From the NCBI GenBank assembly GCA_043228905.1, contig JBHGNT010000007.1, positions 11,098,001-11,162,000 of the forward strand: a stretch of 64,000 nucleotides of DNA. The letters run 5' to 3'. The position numbers and the translations under genes are program-made. This document shows positions 1 through 9,196 of this stretch, in pieces. This DNA comes from Azolla caroliniana (lineage: Eukaryota > Plantae > Polypodiophyta). The notes beneath the pieces were generated by a model, which was given only the letters and a program-made list of their open reading frames with translations, ran no database searches and was not told the DNA's origin. How positions within the stretch are numbered: position 1 is the stretch's first letter; every line of letters starts with the position of its first letter.

Positions 1-1765
1 GACCAGAACCAGAAGCTCTGTCTTGACTTTGAACCGGCCTCCGATGAGAAACAGTTCCAACAAATAGTCGGATGCCTGATATACTTGACAATCACCCGAC
101 CCGACATCAGTTATCCGGTCAAAGTGATCAGCCAATTCATGCAAAAGCCGACCGTCGAGCACCTTTAGTGCGCACACCGGATATTCTTGTATGTTAGCGG
201 CACGAAGGACCGGGGATTGTTATACTGACACGGTATAACTAAAGAGCTAGTCAAATACACAGATGCCGATTGGGCTGGTGATGCATCGGATTGCCGATCC
301 ACCTCCGGATATATGTTTTCCCTTGGTAGCGCAGTTGTTGCGTGGAGCAGTAAAAAGCAGCCAACACTAGCTCTATCGAGCACTGAGGCTGAATACTAGG
401 GCGCTACCAATGCCACTTGTGAAGCCATCTGGCTTCGGTGACTACTGCGAGATCTCCAGATCGAGGTGTCGACCCCGATCCTAATCTACTGCGACAACAT
501 AAGCAACATACAACTCGCCAAGAATCCCGACTTCCATGCTCGCACAAAGCACATAGAAGTGCATTATCACTTCGTGCGTGAGCGGATCCTGTGCGGTGAA
601 GTCGAACTTCGGTATGTTCAGACGGATTGGCAGGTTGCCGATATCTTCACCAAACCACTCGGATCTGACAAGTTGCAACACTTCACCGAAATACTTGGTG
701 TTCAGCATCTCGACGTCCAACACTTGAGGGGGAGAACGGGCAAAGGCAAAGAAACTATTGACTGCATCAAACAAGGAACCGGAATGGGAAGAACCAACAA
801 AAGGGGGAGACAAGAGGAAAAAGAAGGCCGAGTCGACGAAGGAAGTTGGCACATCCGAACAAGTCGGAACGAGCGACAACGGCGACAGAGTCAAGAAGGA
901 GAGAGCTGATCAGAGGAGAAGGCCAAGACCCGGACATAGTCTGATTTGGTGAAGGGCCTGAAACCAGAAGACGAGTTGGAGAACACCAACTCAGACAAGA
1001 GCGGGAACGAATCGGAGACAACCGATTCGCTTCAACAGTTGGATTCAGAGGAGCTGGATCAACTAAAGGCCAAGTGGACACAGACGCATCGAAAGTCGAC
1101 GCACACACAAAGGAAACGATGGGTCGACAAGCGTCGGAGTCGCAACAGTGAGGGAGCTGAAATGGGCCGGTTGAGCAAACAAGCCGACTGAGGAGGTCGA
1201 GGTGCGTAGAACCAGAAGGGTCGCGGCAAACAGGACCGGACCGGACGAGGAGCGCGAGCAAGGCGGAACAACGCCACAAGGAGCCGAGTAGAAGAACTGG
1301 CTGCCACGAACACTAACACCACGATCCAACCTCAAGTTGAGCTTGAGGGGGAGAGTTGAGTGAGCAAGCTCAACTGGATCCGGATCAATTGAATAAACTT
1401 GAGCCGGATCGGTATTTGGAAACAACCGGCCGGATCGGGGAGATGGATCGGAGAGCCTGATTCGAGCGGGAATTGGAGGCCTAGTAGTAGCCTAGACTAC
1501 TAGGTAATCATTGTCTCGTAGTTAGTGTCAGTCGCTCGTATGAGCATTGAAGTACCTGTCAGTCCTTTATGGACTTTGTATAAATAATGTTGTTATAGCA
1601 CATTGTAGGTACAGAGTTTTAGAGTTATTTTGAATTGAGTTTATGTTCTACTCTCTCTGTGTCTCCTGCGTATACTCTCTGTGTATTAAGCTTCTCCATT
1701 AAACCTCTTATTCTCTGTTGCTATCCGGTTGAGCCGGTTCTGTCTAACGCTTCCGCATGTTAACA
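1..1765 (+). mobile_element. Ty1/copia 3' part (RT end, RNase H, C-terminal extension, PPT, 3' LTR 1354-1765), degenerate; 'family B'
   Basis: Translates to LTITRPDISYPV, YTDADWAG, SSKKQP, YCDN, HARTKHIEVHYHFVRE and QVADIFTKPL, with in-frame stops. PPT ttgagggggag at 1343-1353. The LTR resembles 2868-3306 and ends in ttaaca. Confidence 0.92.
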
Positions 1766-2050
1766 TTCGCACGTAAGAATATACGGGGAGGCATAAGGGG
1801 TGGGGTGGAACACGATAATGTGGTTGATGTGTATGTGTAATATGAATGAGTGTATGAGGATGAGTATGTATGTGTATGAACACATGCACATTTGGGTGCA
1901 TGTGTGCAAAGGTGAGAAAGTGGGTAAGTAATGTAACTCCCTACTTGTCTCATGCTTTATTTGTAACGGTTATCTCTTCTACTGTATAAACCCCACCCAT
2001 GGGGCATAATGGGATATAGCTTTTCCCCCTCTCATTTTGGTGTCCTTTCT

Positions 2051-2106
<56 letters not shown>

Positions 2107-2143
2107 TCACACATAACCCCCTTTCTTGGCTTCACCCCCCACC
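1766..2143 (+). mobile_element. Fragment of a gypsy-type LTR, with a (CT)n tract
   Basis: GT-rich U3, TATAAA-ccc...ggggcat and aaccccct...cacccccc motifs are shared with 40586-41345 and, in reverse, 44549-45434. Confidence 0.55.
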
Positions 2144-3306
2144 TGTCAATAGTGGCCAACATCTTCACCAAACCCCTCGGCTTAGTCAAGTTGCGGCAAT
2201 TTTCCGGTGCATTGGGTGTGCAATACCTCGATATGCCGAACTTGAGGGGGAGGAATGAAAGGATGAATGAGAAAGATGACTGAAAAGCTGAGTCGGAAAC
2301 CGATTTCGACTTCGGCCCAACTGAAGAAGTCGAAGTGCACGGGATGGCTGAAGAAGCCGAGATCGAACGCAGGGGGAGCCACCAGAATGGAGAGTCTAAG
2401 CCAAAGCCAACCAAAAAAGAGGGAGGCAAAGTCGAAAAGACCGAGACACGGACATGGGCTGATGTTGTGATCTGAAGGTTGAAGACGAATTGGAGACAAC
2501 CAATTCGGACAAGACTTGGAACGAATCGGAGGCAACTGATTCTGAAGAGGAGTTCGATTCACAGGAGCCGAATCAACTAAAGACCAAGTGAACTAAAAGG
2601 CAGTGAAAGTCAACACTGACATGAAGGAATAGACAGGTCGAGACGCGTCGGAGTCGCAACAACGAAGTAGCTAAGAAGGGCCTTATGAGCAGACAAGCCG
2701 ACCGAGAAGGTCAAGGAGCGTAGAACCGGACGGGTCGTGGGAAGAAAAACCGGACCAGATGAGGAGTGCAAGCCAAACGGGAGGACACTAGGAGGAGCCA
2801 GAGGAGAGGAACGACTACCACTAACACTGACGCCACGATCCGACCTCAAGTTGAGCTCGAGGGGGAGTGTTGAGCAGACATGCTCAACCGGATCCTATTC
2901 GGCTGAATAAGACAGAGCTGGATCGGTATCCCAAACAAAGAACTAGATCAGTGTCCGGATGGTATCTGGAACCAGGAGCCGAATCGAATTGTAACTGGAA
3001 GGCCGTTAGGGGCCTACGAATCTAGCCTAGTACGTAGGCATATTTTTGGGGGTCAGTGTTAGTCGTTCGTATGAGCATTGAAGTACATGTTAGTACTTCT
3101 GTGAGTCCATGTAAGGACTTGTATAAAAGTGCTCACTGAGCACATTGTATGTACAAAGCATTATTATTTTGAATTGAGTTTGTGTTGTTCTGCTCTCTTT
3201 GTCTCTCCCGCTCTCTGTCTCTGTGATTCAAACTTCCATTAAACCTTTTCTCTGTTTTCTGTTGTTATCCAGATAAACATTTTGTCAAAGCTTCCGCATA
3301 TTAACT
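2144..3306 (+). mobile_element. Second family-B copia 3' fragment with 3' LTR (2868-3306)
   Basis: VANIFTKPLGLVKLRQFSGALG...NLRGR, then the extension, PPT gagggggag at 2859-2867, and an LTR tgttgag...cttccgcatattaac. Confidence 0.88.
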
Positions 3307-3708
3307 TTTACACGCTTCGATTTCTTTCTTCCACTCATGCTCATTCTTTGGTGTCGTGCTAGCCACCGGTTTTGCTTCTTTTGCCAAAGCCTTTTTCTGT
3401 GTTCTTTCCGGTTCAATCAGCTTTGTTTCTGTACTGGTTCCCTGGCCCATGTTAGCCATAATGGCCGCTAATTCCTTGGTCCTTTCCAGTTCTTCTTCCA
3501 AGCTCCTAATTCGGTTTCGGGCCTCCGTCAACAATTGCTCCGCTTGTGTGGGCCGACTGAACATCTCCAAATGTTCCGCTTCTACCCAGTCCGCCATTCC
3601 GGTAACCTGCTTGCCCAACCATTCCAACCATTGTCGGTAGGTACCCCATTGTTGAAGTACAACGTACTGTTGTACAACTTCCATGAATGTTTGCCATTCT
3701 AGGACCAA
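3307..3708 (-). pseudogene. Truncated coiled-coil ORF, probably a retrotransposon accessory ORF
   Basis: 135-aa ORF with a heptad-like segment (LLTEARNRIRSLEEELERTKE), cut at the copia LTR. No recognisable domain. Confidence 0.35.
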
Positions 3709-3862
3709 ACCCTATGAGAATAATACCTCTGAAACCTACTAGCTTTAGTTGATTACATAACTAATCTTCTTAGATCATATCGTAGATCTTGTTTTGAGCT
3801 TCGATTCAAGCCATAGCTTGTCAAAATTGGACCTCGTATGACAAAGTAATGGCTAAAATAAA

Positions 3863-3866
<4 letters not shown>

Positions 3867-3902
<36 letters not shown>
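3867..3902. repeat. (GA)n microsatellite
   Basis: Direct reading. Confidence 0.95.
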
Positions 3903-3904
<2 letters not shown>

Positions 3905-4612
3905 TTAGATAGATAGAGAGCAAGTAGCTATATTAGCAACATTGAAAATACAACCAACAGTCCTTGGTTAGAGAGAGAAGAGCTTGAGAAAAAGCAAGAG
4001 TTGAGAGGGGAAGAAGAAGAAGCGAATTTGATTTTGTTGTTGCACTCTCTTTCAGCAATGGAATTGGGCACAAAGACAAGCTCGGAAAGCCCTCGGTTGG
4101 AGCTTCGTAATGAGATATACCAAGTTTAATTTGGTGGTCTGTACTAGAAGTAGCGATTGAAAGTAGGAATCGTGTGTTGTCAGCATACACATACTTAACA
4201 CGCATTGTGAACCTCCTATTGTCTTCGTCATCTTCGATCTCTTCAATTGGGTGAGTTTTGGTTTTCTATCTTGTTCATGGAAAATTATATTGATCATGGA
4301 TTGATATCACATCAAGAATAATGGATATAAACATGAATTCCTCACAAATTGTGGGGGACATCGATATGGGAATCATTGATCCAATAAAGAGTAATGTGAT
4401 GGTTGAATATAATCATGAAAGGGAAGAATTTGGAAGCTCTAAGAGGTTTAAGGGTTGTGAGGAAGTTAATGAGAAGAAATTAACATATGTTAAGGCAATT
4501 AATGTAAACACGTTTGCATTCACAAGTCGAAGGATTGCGCACAAATGGAAGGATAAGGAATATTTCGTCTGATTTTGGGGCTTTTTTGGCCATTTCACAA
4601 AACACCTTGATA

Positions 4613-5545
4613 CCAGACTGGGCCTAAAATTGACGGGTTAGTCTTAAAGTTTTTTGACGGGCATTTTTTAAAGATGTATGTCATATGACAGAAGATTGCA
4701 AAAACTTAACATGTCATTTGACATACAGATTTTAGACATGAAAAGCTCTATGTAATGTTACATTGTTATATATTTTATTGCTATAGAAAGTACACAAATG
4801 AACATAACTACCTCACAAAGATAATGAAATACGTAAAATAAATATCATGTTTATGTTTTAAAGCCAAAGCACAAGCAAGATATTTATCAATAATCATAAT
4901 CTATTCTTGCAAAGTGGATACAATAAGCATAAAAAAACATATAAATTGAATACTTAATCATCATATATTCCTTAAAGCCCAAAAAGGTACAAAAATGCTT
5001 ATCATACCGTACAAAAATGCTTATCATACCGTACAAGCATAGATAATAGTAAAATGTAATAACTTATAAGTATAAAAAGATGGTTAGTAAAATTTTTAGT
5101 TTTAAATTAAAACTTAAATTAAACCTAGAGTCTAGACTCTACACTCTAGTATATTAGAATTTAAAGTATTTTTTTTTCGAAAAAAAAAGTATATTAGAGT
5201 ATTTAATAAATGACTAATGTTATTGTTAAAATTTTAAATCGATTTGAGAATTTATATCATAAATCATGATTCATCATTACAATTTACAACTTACAATTTA
5301 TATTTTTTATTTTAAGTGTGTTTTTAAAAAACATATAAGATATATATATATAATAATAATATATATATATATACTAGTAACTAAATACATATATATAAAC
5401 TTAGAAGTTATAATATTGTCATATTAATATATATTAGACTAGACTCTTAATTCTAGGACCTAGTATATTACACACTTTATACTAGTAACTTAGTAAGTTG
5501 TAACTACATACTACACACATAGTTATAACTTATAACTTATTAGTT

Positions 5546-5586
<41 letters not shown>

Positions 5587-5768
5587 GACATGGAAATTAG
5601 AATTTTAGCATGTCATTTGACATGGATAATTTTTAGTGGCCTTTCATATGAAAAGGAAAATTTTATACTTTATATGTCATTTGACGGACATTTTTATTAG
5701 ATGTATGTTTTTGACGGGCAAAATGGCCTTTGACGGGCATTACACCCGTCAAATTTTTGCCCTGCCAG
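4613..5768. mobile_element. MITE / non-autonomous Tc1-mariner-like element with TA TSD
   Basis: TA at 4611-4612 and 5769-5770. Imperfect TIR ccagactgggcctaaaattgacgggt versus rc ctggcagggcaaaaatttgacgggt. Subterminal tttgacggg and tgtcatttgac repeats around an AT-rich core. Confidence 0.75.
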
Positions 5769-7366
5769 TATCACATGTTCTCAAAAACTTGATGAAAAAG
5801 CTGAAATGTTCACCATTTGGTAAAATTGAAAAATGCCAAAATTTGGCCAAATACATAAAGTAACTTTGTGTACTTTTAAGGAGAATTTAAACTAACAATT
5901 TTTTAGATCTTAAAGAAATCATAAGCGAAAGATTTTAAAACAATCAACTTTTTATATCATTGGATAAAATGTTGTCTAAATTTGTTACATATTGTTCCAC
6001 AAAATATATGTATTGAGGAGTTATTTGCATCACTGTGATCACTACTTTCATGAGAGTCACAACTATAGCTAATATACAATTGTGAGTCTTACTCATTTTT
6101 AGATGTACCAATCAAAGCATTGTCATTATCTAAAACCAAATGGTGTCTCCAAATTATGTGCACTAAATCAAGTTCGCCTTCAATCTATGACACCTTCTAG
6201 ACTTGGTAATTTCTCTTTTATTATGTCAATCGTTGACTTCCTTAAACATCTAACTTTTGTCAGTCTATAGTCATATCCACCAGAGTTTTGCTCGTTTTGT
6301 CATCCTTGGTCCCATGTAAATGTTTCTCTATTGTGGATGGACAAACTATCAAGATCAACATTAGATGCTTGAAGTGTTGATTGAGAACCACATGAATATT
6401 ATATAGACCATATAAATGACATTTCCAAGGTCCAATTACCATCGATACAATTATTTTAAAAACCGAGATTTCAGTACAATCCATAAAATGTAACAAATTC
6501 ATATTTAAAAAAATTTCGGGAAAAAAAACTTTATAGATGAATTCGATACATTTTCATCACAACTCGATATAATGTATTGAGTTCATGTGCACAAATTTTT
6601 TTGTTTTTTTATTTTAGAAATAAAACTCTACACACCAACTCGATACAATGTATCAAGTTCATGTGCTTTGAGATGAAAATACACATGAACTTGATACATT
6701 GTATCGAGTTGTGATGAAAACCCTGTACGATGTATCAAGTTCATGTGCTTTGAGATGAAAATACATATGAACTCGATACAACCCTATTTTTATCACAACC
6801 CAATACAATGTATCGAGTTCATGTGTATTTTCATCTCAAAGCACGTGAACTCGATACACTGTATCGAGTTGTGATGAAAATAGGGAGTTTTCAACATCAA
6901 TTCGATACAATGTATCGAGTTCATTGTATTTTAAACATGAACTCGATACATTGTATCGAATTGATGTTGAAAACTCCCTATTTTCATCACAACTCGATAC
7001 TGTCAAGATTCGAACTCTTGACACGACCATGTTATAATCTACTATAATGAGTTAACCAAGATATCTAGTACTAGTTATGTATGTAATTGGTCCTTATTAT
7101 TTTGCTAGCATCATGTGCATAGTTGCTCCCTTGTAGTATTTACACTTGGCACATGCATGCATACCTACATGCTCTATTGTAGATTCACATGCGTGCAACA
7201 AGTGTGCATGCCATGTAGTATAAATAGAGGAGTTCACCTTGAAGGAATTCAAGGTGAACAACACCAGTTATGGAGTCTTTCCTTTAGTACTATCTTCTTT
7301 CTTGTCCATTTGGTTATCTTCTTGGTTGTCTCTTGAGTTTATGATCCGTGACAGTTTGTTCACCTT

Positions 7367-8790
7367 CATACTTTTGCACGAGCATCTTGGCTTGCTAAAT
7401 GTGATCGAGCGGTTGCACCAATCTACTATTGGATTGTGCGCCTCCAACCACGTTAGTCCTAAGACGATCGGATGTCGAGGAGATGCGATGAGGTAAAAGG
7501 TGAGCTCCTCTTGGTGTGAGCCCACCCGAAGCCCTAATGGGATTGTAGCTTGAGTAATTGCACCTAACGAGAGGACGCACCCGTCGATGGCTTCAACTGG
7601 AATGGGTTTTGAGAGGCCAACGACAGGTACGCCATGTGCTTGGGCAAACGTTGTCGTAGTGTATTTCGTACAGTACGTGAAAAAGTAAAAATAATATAAC
7701 CGATTTAATTACATATAAATAAATAAAATAAGAATATCAAGATATTTATCACCAATAAATAAAATAATATATCAAGATATTTATCACGTGCATAGGGCAA
7801 GATTTGAACCTTGTACCTCCACGTAGCCAAATATCAACTTTACCATTATGCTACCTTATCTTTAGTGTTCTACAAATAGATTTAATAACTATAAGTGCTT
7901 TATTTGCACCTACCTTTATTAAAAGGTAAATCGTGCATTTTTAGAGTGCGTGAATATTTTATAGAAAAACGCAAGCAACTAAAAAGTGACTCATGCACAT
8001 CTAGCGTGCATGAGCACTATATTTAGCAAATAAAAGCAAGGATTAGAAAAGCATCACATGCACATTTAGTGTGCATGAACATATGAGAAAAAGCATGTAG
8101 CTATGCTTAGTCTCTCCCATCACTATATAAGGATGGGGAGCACATTGTAGTTTTTGTTGATTATTTTTCTATAATGATCAATCAATCTAAAATATTCGTG
8201 GGATTCACGAATTTGCTAAAATAATTCTCTCTTACTACCTAAATATTGACTAAATATACTAAACTCGTGGGATTCACGAGATTCTTATCTTATAACTCTT
8301 TATACCTATTCTTTACTAGCCTTATTTGTATTTTTCTTCCTCCTAGTCCAAAACCTCGGCGGTTCCCACCCGACTCACGCAACGATCCGGAGCCGAAAGG
8401 CACGACAACGCGACGTCGATGAAGCAAGAAGATGCCCCAGAATCAAGTAAAGCAACAGACTGAATGGAACTAGAGTTAAACGAAAGCCATACCTCCAATG
8501 TGAAATTGCCTGATGGTCCGGCAATGGAACCAAGAGAATGTGGGCGACGGGAGATGTCCAGTTGCATGGCTCCTACTGCAACCGAACGATGTCGTTTTCC
8601 GGATGTTGGGGTCCGTTAGCTCGATGGAATTGTGGGCGAGTACTCCTAGGACAATGGCGAACGACATGACCGGAGGCGCCACAATACATGCACAAGCCAT
8701 TAGCCCGCCGAAATTGTCGTTCAGCATCAGTCAATGGCCGAAATCGGGCTTGATCAATTTCCATGGGGACAGGAGCATCTGCCGAAGTAT
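7367..8790 (-). pseudogene. Inverted gag C-terminus and aspartic protease of the chromovirus
   Basis: Minus strand reads PVPMEID, CMYCGASGHVVRHC, slippery GGAAAAC (8600-8594), then in the -1 frame ALLDSGASSCFID|VAFAQAHG...IVLGLTWLEAHNPIVDW. Confidence 0.9.
7652..8407 (+). mobile_element. Solo LTR of a gypsy family related to LTR 42202-42872
   Basis: tgtcgt...cacgaca termini. 4-bp TSD acgt/acgc; excision restores the protease frame. TATATAA at 8124. Confidence 0.85.
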
Positions 8791-9196
8791 CATCGAGTGC
8801 ATCAATCCCGTCGCCTTCCGGCTCGCCCTTCCATCCCACTTCCGGATTCACGATGTTTTTCATGTCTCCCTCCTCGAACCCCATTATGCTTCACAACTCC
8901 CAGGACGTCAAGCCCCACCACCACCACCTGTGCAATTGACGACAGGGGAGGAATACGAGGTCGACCAAATCCTTGACTCGCGTTGGCACCGTCGACACTT
9001 GCAATACCTCGTCCTATGGAGGGGTTACCCCATGTCTGAGGCCACATGGGAACCATTGGCAAATTTACAAAATGCCCCAGAGGTCGTCCAAGATTTTCAT
9101 CACCGATATCCCCACAAACCAGCGGCCGATTTGGGAAGGCGGCGTAAGAGGGGGGATAATGTCAAGATTCGAACTCTTGACACGACCATGTTATAA
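8513..9196 (+). CDS. Chimeric 227-aa ORF: antisense-gag-derived N-terminus fused to integrase tail plus intact chromodomain
   Basis: Open from the ATG at 8513 across the inversion junction (~8790). Expression unknown. Confidence 0.45.
   Translation: MVRQWNQENVGDGRCPVAWLLLQPNDVVFRMLGSVSSMELWASTPRTMANDMTGGATIHAQAISPPKLSFSISQWPKSGLINFHGDRSICRSIIECINPVAFRLALPSHFRIHDVFHVSLLEPHYASQLPGRQAPPPPPVQLTTGEEYEVDQILDSRWHRRHLQYLVLWRGYPMSEATWEPLANLQNAPEVVQDFHHRYPHKPAADLGRRRKRGDNVKIRTLDTTML

Noticed and set aside
6535-7000. CRISPR-like palindromic repeat array (also 37230-37850 and 25533-25805)
   Set aside because: The spacers are themselves repetitive, no cas genes are present, and the context is eukaryotic TE sequence.
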